Source of the DNA: Selaginella moellendorffii
Lineage: Eukaryota > Plantae > Lycopodiophyta
Assembly (NCBI RefSeq): GCF_000143415.4
Contig: NW_003314438.1
Location: 83,934-147,933 of the forward strand
DNA length: 64,000 nt
Direction: 5' to 3'
In this document: piece by piece, positions 9,400-22,439 of the stretch
How the letters are laid out: every line of letters starts with the position of its first letter
Position numbering within the stretch: position 1 is the first letter of the stretch
The notes under the pieces: model-generated
Databases searched by the model: none
The model's input: the letters and a program-made list of their open reading frames with translations, nothing else
Told to the model about the DNA's origin: nothing
Program-made: the position numbers and the translations under genes

Positions 9400-11200
9400 T
9401 TACAAGTGGGATAATGACAATTCCCACTTTAACGAAATAGAGCTTATTAGCATTCAAATAAATTGAGTGGCAAGTTGAGTTAGTTGTATTTGAGATGAAA
9501 TTTTTTAATAGGGCTTGAGTTTTAGTTATTTCTTGAAAAGTGACTTTGTCATAGACTATACTAGCTTTGCAAAAGGAAAAATTAGTGATTAATTGGATTT
9601 GTTGAATCTTTAGGGTTTGAATTGAGGTATAATAATCATTAATGATTTTTATTACTCTTGCTATAAAGTGAGTTATGTCTTGCTATGGATAAGGGGATTT
9701 AAAAAAGATTTTTTGATAATCACTTGTTAGGCATAGTTTCATTATGCTTAATTTTTGGATTAATGTAAACATACTTTTCATTAGCTTTTGCATTATAAAA
9801 TTTAGCATATAGATGTATTAAAAAGGATATTGTGGGTTGTACCATGATTTCTTCTATAGCATTAAAGTTAATTTATGTGAGATTTGTGATCATTATTATG
9901 TGAGACTTGGTTATATGATTCTTCAAGCTTTTGGTTCTTTAAATTCTTATGCTCATTGTTTCATTTACTAGGAGTTGTTAGAAAGGCATTTTGGCTTATT
10001 AGATTTGATATTAGAGTTAATGTTTGCATCTAGCAATCATTAGTAATGATTGATGTGGATTATATATTTGATGATGATTATGCATCTCTTTATTGATGAG
10101 ATGATTAATGATCTTTAATGATGGTTAGATATTTTTTTAATGGTTTTTGGCTTTCTGCATTACTATAGAGAAAATCTTTGGATGAAATCACCTAAAATCA
10201 CCATCCAAAAAATATCACCAATTGATAGATTAGGATGTTATTTCTTTCAGGTGATATATTTGTCAACATTTTACTTATTTATCAATTATACTTTATATTC
10301 TTTTAGTTTTTTTTCATAAGTTTGGCATACCATCTACAATCTTTGATAGTTAAGTTTTATCATTAAGTGTTCTTGATGGTACACTTGCTATTGAATTTTT
10401 TTGGATGGTTAATCATATGTCTTCTAATTATGATGATCTTGGTGGTTCCTCTACTATATTAGTTTATCAGATAATAACTTGATTGGAATACTCTTGTGTT
10501 TAAGATATCATTATCTATGACTTTGATATTGTTTATCTCTTGATCTTTAGGTTTGGGCTAGTAAAGGCAGACTAGCTTTAGTACTTCATGTGCATTGTGA
10601 AATTTCTAATCATGGGATACATATAACCCACCTCTCTTTTGATGTTCCTTATTTTGTTAAAAGGGTGTGATTGTGTAAACAAGCCTAACTATCTACTTAT
10701 AATAATCTATCTAAACCTTATCAACAGGTTTAGTTTGTTCTCTCAGAAGGGTTGGGGCCTCTAAATTTTCTCTCTATATCCCCTATAGGCAACTGGGTGA
10801 CACCCAAAGTAGCAAAGATGGCTAACTCCATTTGTTATTTCGTTGTCAATGACAATCGAAACATGTCTAAGTTGTAGCACATTTTCATTTGAAAGAAAGG
10901 TTGCCCCTAACTCATTTAAATTGGTGCATTTTTCACAAATTGTGAACACTATAAAATTTTTCTAAAGTTGTTTCCTTGACAATAATCTAGACTAGAGTAT
11001 GCATTGACAAAGACATTAATCTTCCCTAAGGAGGGGAGAGTGTTATGAATGTAATTGCAAGTATCAAAAGTTACATGTCAATGAGTCCTTTCAGATATTT
11101 TTTCTTTATTATTACAATGGCAAGAGATCAGTATTGCTAGACCCTTTATTAGTCTCGACCTAAATTAATTAAGAAACTAATAATCACATATGCACTTAGA
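9400..11200 (+). mobile_element. Highly decayed LTR-retrotransposon relic ending in PPT plus LTR start
   Basis: Very AT-rich, CpG-depleted, no ORFs. Polypurine tract AAGGAGGGGAGAG (11028-11040) is followed immediately by TGTTATG, a typical PPT/3'-LTR junction. Confidence 0.4.
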
Positions 11201-14037
11201 CCAAAAAGGTACTAAAGGAGGAAATCCTAAGTTGTTATTTAGTCAAACATATTTGACATGGATAGGTAAGTAACCAAAGGAAACAACTCAAAGAGACAAT
11301 TTATAAAATTTAAATATAAAGGGAAAGGGCTTATGAATAAAAATACAACCTCTTTTTCAATTGATTAAAGGTCTTAGGATATTTGGAGTTAAGTGTCTTT
11401 GAGTTTGAGTAGTACCCAAGAAGTCTAGATTTAAAAACTTATAGCTTATACCATATGTAATCATGGGATGAGATTTGGACTTTAAAGGATAAATGGGGAA
11501 ATGGGGATAAAATTGCCACTAAAAACTCTCTCATCAAGCAATTTCCCATTTTCCAGTTGGCTTAAAAGGAGAGAGATAAAGTGTGTTACATATGATATTG
11601 AAATAAATAGTACAAATTTGATTCTCATTGATTACTGGCTATCTAAAATATAATACATTCTTAAGTAAGGTATATTCCTTAAAATTGAAATCATATATAT
11701 TAGGCATTCATGAGTATTTTTATGTATTTTTTGTTCCCCTTAGTTTAGTAAGGGTTGTTAATTAATTGTTAACAAGGACATTAAAATCTCTAGATAGGGG
11801 GCAGGGGGGGGGGAGGGGGTGGGCGGGAGGCAATGAGTATAATACATGTAATCATGGGATGATATTTCAATATATTGTTATCGTGAATCCTTGGAGGGGT
11901 GAGTGTAACACATATATAATCATATTACCATAGATCTGTAGAACTTTGGGGGATAAATGAAAATAAAATAGCTATTAATGGCTCTCTTTTCTAATTGACT
12001 TAAGAGGAAAGAAATAGAATGCAATACAATGATGATGAAAAATTTATATTATTGACTTGTACTTCTTAGTGTTAGGAACCTTTGTGATATTAAGTTTAGT
12101 CCCTCAATACTTGCCATATAGTAACTTACTATATTCACCAAAACACTCTAGTTATTATACCCTATATGTTAGTTCCTTTTAGCCCCTCTTGCTATTTTTG
12201 GATAGTGTTTAGATATGCTAGTGAGGCATATCTATGGAATGTAAAAATTATCTTAAATATAATGGTGTTATTCTTGCATCAAATTCTTGCATCAAAATTC
12301 ATAATTTAACAACATCTAACACCATTCCATATTTAATAAGTTTTTATAGTTGTCCTAGAGACTAACTCTAAAGACTAGAGTGAAAGCCCAAAGGATTTGT
12401 GTTTTTTTAGGGGGGGGAGGGGGGGGGGCAATTGTGTAGGGGTTCCAAATGTATAGTAGGGATAGTGGGTTGGCTATGGTAAACCAATTTTAGGTATAGT
12501 TTAACTTTTGTTTGCATGCTTATCCTTCTTTTATATTCAGCTTGGGTATAAACCCCAAACTCCATATTATGTTAGCTAGTGGAGTATTCATATCCTCACA
12601 TTACGCCATTGGTATATTGAAATTGTACCAAACTTCATTTGGCTCTATTTTGTATATTGGTTTTGGCATTGGAATGCTAAATGCTTTAAAATTATTCTAA
12701 TATCATTTTATGCTCTTGTCCCTTTGCTTCTTGGGTTATATGCTTGAGAGTTGCTCTATACTCTTATCTCTTTGCTCCTTAGCTTTAGATTTATGAGTCA
12801 CTCTGTGTTCCTATCCCTTTACTCTTTAGGGTATACACTCAAAAATTGTACTATGTTTTGCTTCTTTTACTCCTTGGCTATATGCTTAGGAGTTTAACTC
12901 TATCCTTTTGTTGTGGCCCAAAGACCTTAAAACTCAAGTTCTACTCTATTACATTTTGACACATGGCTAAAGGTTTGGGTTTTGCTTCATGGTTATCTTA
13001 TAGTAAATTATTATAGAGTAAAGGGTGAAAATTATGTGTGCTACATCAACTTATGCATATATTTAATGAGTTGACAATAATTTGACATATAAATCTTTAT
13101 TTTAACTATAGCTGTAACTTCAAGAGACAACTCTCTATGAAATTCCATCTTCTATATTGCAATTTGACATACTCTCAAAGGCTGCCCTTGGCTAGTTGAA
13201 TTTTAATTAATGCTGCTATATGATTTAAAGAATTTTTCGTGACTAACACAAAAGCCATAATTTTGGCGCATATGATTATAAAATGAAATTTAGATTTATT
13301 GTCACTGTGAATTCTTAAAACATCAAGGGATAAATAGCTACTAACAACCCTCTCATCAAACAATTGATTTTCAAGTTGGTTTAAAATAGTCTGTAAGCTT
13401 TAGATCAAATGGATTTATTCACTTTTGTAAATGTCTCCAACTTGAAAAACCTTTATACAATTACAATGCCATTAAAAGGATCTTTCTCTTTCTACCTTCA
13501 ACTACTCAATCTTAATTGGCACTTGGTGGCAAATTTCCTGCATAATCCTAGGGGTTGTTCTTTTTTGCCAGGGACAAGCTTCAAGGTTGCAGGTGTTGGG
13601 GATTCCAGCTTCAGAGAGCAAAGCATGATCCATGAAGACAGTAAATGTGAACCAAGAGAGAATACTGACAACTGCAATAGAATCAAAGATGAACTTCGCA
13701 GAGTTAAAGATACCTGTCTTGGGCAATAGCCGAGAGCATGATATTCCTGGATATGAGTGTGTCTATCCAGTCTGGTCAAGAAGGCCGAAGCAGTTATCCT
13801 TCACGCCCATGGGTTCTCAGGATCGAGGCATGCATGTCGCTGTATCTAGCTCGAGAGATCGATCATGGCGTGCGGCGCGCAATCGCAATCAGGCACGGTG
13901 GCGATGAATCTTCCTCCCACTCAACAAGCTGATCGAGATGTTTGGCAATCCGGCAGCCCACAGCTCGCAAGAGAGGTGTTTGACACGGCGATGCGGGACT
14001 CTTTCTCCATGCCAGCAAAGAACCCACCAATGCATTC

Positions 14038-15637
14038 ATGGATAGCTGGCTTGACCGCATTCGCTCTTGCAAAAATCTCTGCGATGCCCGGAGGATTCAC
14101 GCGGAGATCGCTCTAGATCGAAACCAGGAACACGGAGTCTATCTCTCCAACAAGCTAATCGAAATGTATGGCAAGTGTGGAAGCGCAAGGGACGCCAAGG
14201 GGATTTTCGACGCCATTCCTGCCGGGGATAGAGATTCTTTCTCTGCTGTCCTGATGCTCTCGGCTTTCTGCAAGAACGGGCGGATTGACGAGGCTACGAA
14301 GCTATTTAATGAGCTCGTCGGTAACCACCGCGTCCTCATCGCATGGAATACTATGCTCTCTTCATATGCCCATGTTGGGCATATGGAAGAAGCAAAGAGA
14401 CTGTTTGATGAGATGCCGCAGAGAAGCTTGGTTTCCTGGAACGCTATGCTGACTGCTTATGCACAAAATGGTTACTTGGATAAAGCCCAAGAGATGTTCC
14501 ATTCCATGCCCGAACTAAGTCTTCTTGCCTGGACAGCAATGCTTTCGGCTTTTACCGCGAAAGGGCATTTTGCTTCTGCTAAGAAAACGTTTGACTCGAT
14601 GCCAGAGAGAAGCTTTGTGAGTTACAATGCAATGTTGGCATCGTTTGTAAAATTTCGAAAATACGATTCAGCTTTAAATTTGTTTCAAGTGATGCCGGAG
14701 AGGAACTTAATATCTTCGACGACTATTCTTACAGCATTAGCTAATGGCAAGCATTTGGAAAAGGCAAAGGAAGTGTTTGATGGAATGGAGGAGCGTGACA
14801 TTGTGTCATGGAACGCAATGCTAACCGCGTACGCCCTGTGCAGTGGGCTTGAGGAAGGAAGGATTTTGTTTGATGGAATGCCAAAGAGAAACCTGATATC
14901 CTGGAACGCTATGCTGACTGCATATGCTCAAAGCGGGCATCTTGAAGAGTCAAAATTTCTTTTTGACACCATGGCCTTTCCAAGACTTGGTAGCTTCGAA
15001 CACAATGCTGGCTGCGTATGCCGATAATGGAGAGCTTGAGAAGGCTAAATCCATATTTGATGACATCCAGAGTGGAGATAAATTTTCATGGACAACCCTC
15101 TTGGTCGCTAACGTTAACAGAGGCGAGCTAGAGCAAGCAAATGCGATCTTTGTAATGACACCAGAGCATGATATTGTTTCGTGGACTACAATGCTTGGTG
15201 CTTATGCAAACCTGGGAAGGTTTCAAGAGGCCATCGAGATCTTTAGCATGATCAAGTTGGTCGATTCACCGGACGCTCCATGCTTCTTGCTTGTGCTTCT
15301 AGTGTGTAGCCACGCCGGGAAAGCAAGCATTGGTCGAGGCTACTTCTTTTCAATGAGAGTCGACTATGGCATCAAGTCGACCAAGGAGCACTTCAGCTGC
15401 ATGGTCGATCTTCTCGGCCGAGGTGGAAGCTTGGGTGACGCTCGAGATCTCATCTCTAGCATGCCTTATGTTCCTGAGAGCCTTGACTATAGAAGCTTTC
15501 TGAGGAGCCAGAGGGATGGAACAACCACACCAATTCAAAGAGAAGCTCGTGATCAATTCAGAGTGGATCTCGACGTGAGAGAATGCGATGAGAGCTCCTC
15601 TTCGTATGTTCTTCTCTCAAGCAGCTTGCTTCCTTGA
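14038..15637 (+). pseudogene. PLS-class PPR protein with E-like C-terminus, one frameshift near 14975
   Basis: ORFs 14038..15027 and 14924..15637 carry tandem repeats (…MPERNLISWNAMLTAYAQ.G..) followed by CSHAG...HFSCMVDLLGRGG...MPYVP. The frames join if one base is removed at ACCATGGCCTTTC. Confidence 0.85.
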
Positions 15638-15679
15638 AATCAAACATCAAGTGTCCATGAAAGGCTGCTCGAGAGAAAT

Positions 15680-15895
15680 TTAGCTGCGGATTTCACTCAT
15701 TATACCAGCACGCTTCTTCTCCAGAGAAGAGATTTGGACATAAGCTGATGAGTTCTTCACGGCTCCAGATTCCAGAGCACGGCTTGCGACGATAGGCCAT
15801 ACCAGGAAGGAGAGGCAGTAGCTCTTGAGAAAACTCCAAGCATCTCGCCTTCCCGAGCACGTTGATGACACACGAATAGTGTTGCTTGAGTGTGA
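15680..15895 (-). pseudogene. 3' fragment of the PPR gene at 20769-22307
   Basis: Translates LKQHYSCVINVLGKARCLEF...ALESGAVKNSSAYV, matching the C-terminus of the 512-aa PPR. Confidence 0.8.
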
Positions 15896-15999
15896 TGGAG
15901 CTAGCTAGTGTCCCCATTGGGTCTTCTATACATGAGTTTCAACGCTCTGATCCATCTTAAAGATCTAAATTAGATCAGATCTTCCATTGCTTACACCTG

Positions 16000-17760
16000 G
16001 CCCCGCCCCAGGTTACAATAGCTTGTGGTTTGAGTTTCCTTCAACTGCTGTGTCCAAACAGTAGTCTTCGTAAGCATGTCTGCTTTGCAATCACATCTCC
16101 TCATGCCTGATATCTTCTCAAAGTATGTCGAAGTGTTTGTTCCCCTCAGAGAGTTGTTCATATTCAGCGGGTGTCCGCAGCTAGAAAAACTGATGTCGTC
16201 TCCTTGCAATGTGATGCTACCATTCTCTACTTCTAATCACTGCATTAGTGAATTGAAAAACTGTACCCAATTGCAGAAAATGATCGCTTGTTCGGGATTT
16301 CATCGCGCCATGCCGCGAAATTTGTTGCCTGGATCACTGGCGGTTCTCTAGATTTCTAAAAAGAACTAGCTGCAAGCCGGGGTTGCAGAAAGGCTTCAGT
16401 TTCGCGCACTGCACGACGTGTAAGTCCTGGCACCGGCTGATAGGAAATGGAGGCAGCCGGGTTTCGATTCTTTGTGACTAGAGACATTCTCTACATTTTT
16501 TGCTGCCAAGTTTCTTCTTGCTTTCATTTCGACCTTGGCGTACATGGGTTTTTTTTTTAGATCATTCGTGGTATTTTGATCTACAAGTTCTACTATATAT
16601 GCGATTTTTTTCATCTATTCAACGGAGCGGGAGAAGCCGGAGCCCTGGTGCTGCGCCTTGCAGTCCTGGCGCTCTTTGCAATCGACGGGATCTTCTGGCC
16701 TTCATGGATGGGTCGTCCTGGATGTACAGCGCGACGAGCACGAATCTCTCCACCTCGCCCATGCCATTTAACGAAAGCACTTGTCAACTCGTCAAGGACC
16801 ATTAAAGGTCATGTTGCATTCCATGCCGTTCCATGGACAGGATTGGAAATACTTGGATAGCACCTTGATGAGCTGCTGGAGAGGATGAAGATCGCAACTT
16901 ATTAGGGTGTACTACTCATGAATTTCTCTCTCATTTTTTTTGTTCCCATCAAGGTACAGCTCTCCAAACACTCTTGAAGCACTTTCATTGTCTATAATAA
17001 TGGTTCCACTGTCCAAAACGCAGCAGGCCAGTGCCCTCGATTTTGTGGACTTACATAGAGCAAATGCAGCTGCATAGCAGGGATCCAGTGTTCTAGAGCG
17101 GGATCCTTGACGCCCGACTTTAGCATAACATCTTTCATTTCCTCATTAGTCCCTGAGTTTGACATCACTGCCTTCACAAACGAAGGCAGCCGATCCTTGC
17201 TCAGATCGGAGAGGAACATTGGCAAGGTATACCTGTTTGAATGCACATAGACATTGTAAATCCCCTCCTTCAACTTGCCATTTAAGTTTGCTACCTCACC
17301 AAACCAATCCTACCGCCTGGGACAAGTCATTGAATCCTTCATTTTGAGTAGACATGACAAAGTAGAGGCCATACTCCTAAAACAGAAAAGACTAACAATT
17401 CAGCAGCAGCATTACTAGTGGTGTATATACTAGTGGTGCTCATTTTGGAAGACTACTACTGTGTTTGAAATTTCACATCATATGTTCCAAAATGTCCAGG
17501 CTGTAGAAAGCTCTTATTTGATCACAATTATTAACCATCTAGTGCTCTTGGATCATAGTGTCAACCCCTGCGAAGGTGCATAATCCCACCTTGTGTAGGT
17601 CTTTGTAAGTTTGGTCCAAGCCTAGTTCTTCCATTTTGCCGAGCATTTTCCCGTTGACCTGGAACTCATGGTTGTGGAAAGATGAGATCAGTGTACGATC
17701 TATTAAGTCTGGAAGGCTACTCCCCATTGACATCCCTGAATACAAGGAAGTCATGCCAAG
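16000..17760 (-). pseudogene. Fragmented coding-like region of unknown family
   Basis: Several protein-like minus-strand ORFs (17539..17754, 16992..17273, 16611..16802) with splice-like boundaries. No motif recognised. Confidence 0.3.
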
Positions 17761-18249
17761 TCAGTCTATGTTATCCAAATGGAAAAAAAAACAGCATATA
17801 TAGACTTGGTGGTACCATAAAGACAATATGCCCAACTTTACTGGTACTAATAGACATTAAAATAACTCCAAATGGGATCTAGTGGAATGGCAATGGAGGG
17901 ACATATATAAAAAATTATTTCAATATGAGACCAAACTCAGCCAGAGAGTGGTTTATACCCTGGTACAGGCCACATTCATCGAGAAAGCAAGAGCATAATA
18001 AATTCACTCCCGAAACTATCTATAGTGCATGAATAGGTCGCTGCCTGATACTTCATATGGCTTGCCCAGCAGAAGTGCCCACCCTCACTTGTGGTAATTA
18101 GCTTGCAGACTCTATGGAGCAATAGAGATATAATGCCATATCCTATGGGAATGTTCAGCAACACAGAAAGTGGGAAGGTTCCATGGCAATTCTCAAAAGA
18201 ACCTCTCAAAATGGCATATCCATAACTTATGAATCAATACTTTGGGGTT

Positions 18250-18640
18250 GTTTCCTCTAGGGAAAGGCTAAACACCTGAACACTTAGAAGTGAGAACCCT
18301 TACCTCAACCAACTTAACCAAACATAAGCCTTTTGATGTCCTTAAGGGATATACTCTTGTGGAGATTTGGAAGGCCTACTGTGCCAAGACTTTGGCTCAT
18401 GCAACAATCTCAAAAGTTTGGTTGCAACTGATTATTGCACTAGCGTCCCAACTTGATACACTGAAGAAAGGAGACAAAGGAAAGATTGTTAAAGAATGAG
18501 CTCTTAAGCCCTTCTTTAGACATGAAAGTGAAGTTGGCAAAAACAAATGATCATGGAAATCACTATTATGGTTTTGGCAGCATTTATCTAGGAATAACAG
18601 AATATATACCTCCCCAAATCCATTAGATCCTTCTTCAAAG
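18250..18640 (+). mobile_element. LINE ORF2 C-terminal-like fragment
   Basis: YTLVEIWKAYCAKTL...ISKVWLQLI resembles the post-zinc-finger 'W.IWK.RN' tail of L1-clade ORF2. A diverged inverted copy lies at 19640-19930. Confidence 0.4.
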
Positions 18641-18649
18641 ACTTCGACC

Positions 18650-19260
18650 ACCTAGACTACAACAGACATGGACTCAAGCTCCAATTTGGCTTTATTCCCC
18701 GAGCATGGTATTCCAGGCGATGAGTCGACGAGCTCATTCCTAGCCACCTCGTTTCGTCTGTTCTTGCAGAAAGCCGAGCGCACCAGGACAGCACTTGCTC
18801 CTCGGCTGGCAATGGCGTTGAAAATCCCCTTCGCGTACCTCGTGCTTCCACACTTGCCATACATTTCGATTAGCTTGGAGAGATGGACTCCGTGTTCCTG
18901 GCGTCGATTTAGAGCAATCAGCGATGGTCTATCGGATTCGCAGGATCGTCCAGCTTGCAGCTGCGCAATCGCGATCAGGCACGGTGGTGACGAATCAACC
19001 TCTCATCAAGCTGTGATCGAGATGTTTGGTAATTAGTGTTACGGGGGCAGCTAGATGGACTGCAATTCTTATTGTCTTCATGGTCATGGTTTGCTCTCTG
19101 AAGCCACAGAACCCTTCGTGTCTATGCCTGAAACTAACATTGTTTCTTGGGCTGCTGCTCGCTTGCTTCAAAGAGATCTTCGAAGACATGATTGCCAGGA
19201 TGCACACTTGCTCAAAATGGTGACTCGCACCTCTTATGGAGTACCTGGGAAATCCTCATA
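18650..19260. pseudogene. Rearranged copy of the 13560-14350 region (PPR 5' end)
   Basis: 18650-18915 is a minus-strand copy of the PPR N-terminus (KLIEMYGKCGSTRYAKGIF). 18920-19030 is a plus-strand copy of 13850-13945. 19070-19110 is the reverse complement of 13608-13640. Confidence 0.7.
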
Positions 19261-19639
19261 AAAAATGCTACATTCTTGAGGCGTAGGAAACGTGACTTGG
19301 ATGGAAGCTACTCACCGGAGATCTCTCGATAGTGCCAAGAGTGGCTGCTCACACACAAGTACTATACATCATTTTTCGCTGGGTTGTTTTCTCTTTCTAA
19401 TCCTCATTGATGTTTTGAAGGTAGCCCCACTATGCTGGGCTAATGTCTTTTTAAGCTATCCAAGTTCCTAGATGGGTTTGCCACTGGGTTAAAGTGCCTG
19501 GGTTCACAGATTTAACTCATGCCCCAGACATGAAGAAGAAGATTTCAAAAGTTGAAACAAACTTCTAAGCAATCATAGTTGTAACAGGGTTTTATCATAG
19601 ATTTCAGTTTTTACAGCCCTATGATCAAAGTCTTTAATG

Positions 19640-19930
19640 AAGAGTTTAATGGACTTAGGGAGGTATATGTCCCATTGTTTTTGGATAAGTGCTACAAAAG
19701 CCATAATAGTGGTTTTCATGTCCATTCATCTTTGTTAACCTCACTTTCATGTTTACAAAAAGGCCACAAAACTTTTCTTTGGTGATCTTTCCTTCATTTC
19801 CTCTCTTTGTAAATGTGTTTAGTCTAGACACTAGCAAGACAATTAATTGCAACCAAACTTTTGAGATTGTTGCTTGAGCCAAGGGGTTCTTGTTATCAAA
19901 CAACTTGGTGCATACTACTAAACATTCTTA
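19640..19930 (-). mobile_element. Second LINE-like C-terminal fragment, inverted
   Basis: ORF 19655..19903 ATISKVWLQLIVLLVSRLNTF..GKITKE parallels ORF 18290..18499. Confidence 0.4.
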
Positions 19931-19934
19931 ATAG

Positions 19935-20720
19935 TACATGGCATTGTAAAGAGGCAAAGAAACTGTCTGATGAAATGACACAAACAATCATGGCGCCTGG
20001 AATGCATGCTCGCTGCATATGCACACAAATGGTAATTTTGGATAAGGCCTAAAGTTTTCACTTCAGGCCCGAGCTTAGGCCCTTCTTGCCTAGAAGGCAG
20101 TTTTTTAACTGAAAAGAAAACTTTTGACGAGAGAAGCTTTGTGAGCTACAATGCAATGTTGTCGGCGTTTATAAGAGGTGGAAAGCATGACTCAGCATTA
20201 CAATTGTTTGAAGCAATGCCAGAGAGAAACTTGGTCTCGACAACTACTCTATCCTTTGGCGTTAGCCAATTCCGGGCATTTGAAACAGGCAAAAGGAGGT
20301 GTTCGATGGGATGGAGGAGCGACATTGTGTCGTGTGTATGCTCAATGCGTTGAGATAGAGGAGGCAAGGTGTCTGTTACATGATATCAAAAACAGACAAT
20401 GCCTCCATGGTACCCTCTAACACAATGCTGGCTGGTTATGCAGATAATGGAAAATTTGAACAAACCAAGTCCATGTTTAAGTTCTCGTGGTTAATCACAA
20501 ACATCAACTGAGGAGAGCTAGAACGATCATACTTTAGCTGCGTGGTCGATCTTTTCGGTCGGGGTGGAAGTTTGAGCTCATCTCTATGTGCCGGAAAGCC
20601 TAGGAGCCAGAGAGATGGATCATCAACACAAAGAGATTCTGACTTGGGAGGTTGCAATGAGAGCTCTTCTTCATATGTTCTGAAGAACATATGGCTGAAA
20701 TCTCTCAGCCAGCCTTGAAT
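19935..20720 (+). pseudogene. Degenerate, internally deleted copy of the PPR gene at 14038-15637
   Basis: Shared blocks: GAGAAGCTTTGTGAGYTACAATGCAATGTTG, CACAATGCTGGCTG..TATGC.GATAATGG, GAGCCAGAG.GATGGA, GAGAGCTC.TCTTC.TATGTTCT. Confidence 0.8.
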
Positions 20721-20768
20721 CAAAGATTACATCACCAATACCAGGATGAATGGCTTCTCGAGAGAGAT

Positions 20769-22307
20769 TTAGCTCCTCATTGTACCGACACACTTCTTCT
20801 CCATGCAGAAGAGACTTGCAAGAAGGACATAACCTGACGAGTCCTTCACGGCTCCAGAGTCAAGAGCACTGCCTGCGACAAAAGCGCCATAGCCAAGAGC
20901 TTTGTAACTTCGACACGAGCCCAGGAAGGAGAGCCAGTCCACGGCTTCCGGCACAAAAGGCATACAACTCATGAGCTCGTGAGCAAACTCCAAGTATCCC
21001 GCCTTTCCAAGCAAGTCAATCACACACGAGTAGTGCTGCTTGAGTGGAGGGAGGCCAAAATCTTCGACCATGGACACAAAGTGGCATCGTCCTTGGTAAA
21101 CTTTGCCTTGATGCGCACAAGCTATCATTCCAGAGACGAAAGATACATGATCCGGGGAGTAAACCATCTTGAGCTCGTGGAAAATCTCCTCGGCAATCTC
21201 TGGCTTTCCATTTTGCGTGTAGGCAGCGAGCATAGCACTCCATGAGATGGAATCTCGCTGTGGCATTCCTCTAAAAGTTTTTGCAGCGTCTCCAAGATGG
21301 CCTCTCTGTGCTTGAGCAGCGAGAATGATCGTCCAGGAGAACACATTCTTCTCCGGCATAACATCAAAGACTTGCTTCGTCGACTCCAAATCCCCATTCC
21401 ACACATAAGCACTGGCAAGGCAGTTCCAAGAGACGAGATCACAAACTGGCATGTTATCAAAAATCTTCTTGGCTTCGTCAAGGTGCCCGTTTTGGGCATA
21501 CGCCCCCAGCATGGTAGAACACGACGCCATGTCTTGGTGCTGGATTCCATCAAAAACCAGCCGCGTTTCTTCAATATGCCCAGCCTGGGCATACACTGCG
21601 AGCAGTGATGTTAATGCAACTTGGTCTCTTTCAGGCATTAAATCAAAGACTCTCCTAGACTCTAAAACTAAATGCTTTTGGCCATAAGCAACTAGCAAGT
21701 TCGTCCACGAAATTACATTTCTTAGCGGCATAGTTTCAAAGAGAGATTTAGATTTCTCTAAACACCCACAACGGGCATTTGCGGACAATATAGCGTTCCA
21801 TGATACAAGATCTTTGTCAGGCATGTTATCAAAAAACCAAGTTGCATCGCCAGCTAGGTGGTTTCGTGCATACAGATCAAGCATTGTGACCCACGAGACG
21901 AGATTTCTCGCTGGCATTGTGTCAAAGATTTGTCTCGCTCCCTGCAATTGCCCGTTCTTGGCAAATGCCGCAAGCATCGCGTTCCAGGCCACCATGTTGG
22001 GCTGGGGCATCGCGTCAAAGGTGGATTTGGCCTCTCTCAAGTAGCCATTGCGGGAGTACGCGTGTAGCAGCAACACCCACGAGAAGTTATCCTTGGCGGC
22101 GATTCGATCGAAGGCTTGTTGCGCGTGGAGGACGCTCCCACACCGCCCATACATTTCGATGAGCTTGTTGGAGAAGAAGATATCGCGGCTGGAAGAGAAA
22201 TCCCTGCAATTCACAATGGCTGCGTGTAGATCCTTGGCAGCTGCGAGGGTTTGGACGCTCTGGACGAGCTCGAGGCATTTTCTCCGATCCCAAGCATCTC
22301 CCATCAT
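20769..22307 (-). CDS. PLS-class PPR protein with E-type extension, intronless, 512 aa
   Basis: Uninterrupted ORF with tandem PPR repeats (MPARNLVSW, MPDKDLVSWNAILSA) and C-terminal ACAHQG...HYSCVIDLLGKAG...MPFVP. No DYW domain. Confidence 0.9.
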   Translation of the reverse strand: MMGDAWDRRKCLELVQSVQTLAAAKDLHAAIVNCRDFSSSRDIFFSNKLIEMYGRCGSVLHAQQAFDRIAAKDNFSWVLLLHAYSRNGYLREAKSTFDAMPQPNMVAWNAMLAAFAKNGQLQGARQIFDTMPARNLVSWVTMLDLYARNHLAGDATWFFDNMPDKDLVSWNAILSANARCGCLEKSKSLFETMPLRNVISWTNLLVAYGQKHLVLESRRVFDLMPERDQVALTSLLAVYAQAGHIEETRLVFDGIQHQDMASCSTMLGAYAQNGHLDEAKKIFDNMPVCDLVSWNCLASAYVWNGDLESTKQVFDVMPEKNVFSWTIILAAQAQRGHLGDAAKTFRGMPQRDSISWSAMLAAYTQNGKPEIAEEIFHELKMVYSPDHVSFVSGMIACAHQGKVYQGRCHFVSMVEDFGLPPLKQHYSCVIDLLGKAGYLEFAHELMSCMPFVPEAVDWLSFLGSCRSYKALGYGAFVAGSALDSGAVKDSSGYVLLASLFCMEKKCVGTMRS

Positions 22308-22439
22308 AGACCCTCATACTTTTCTGCTGAATTATTCTACTCGTTTTGAATCCCAAAGTGCGGCGCTCATAAAAAATATCAATCATAGGTTATGTTAATA
22401 AGGTGATTTACTATTTGCATTTCTTGGGGATCCTGGAGG

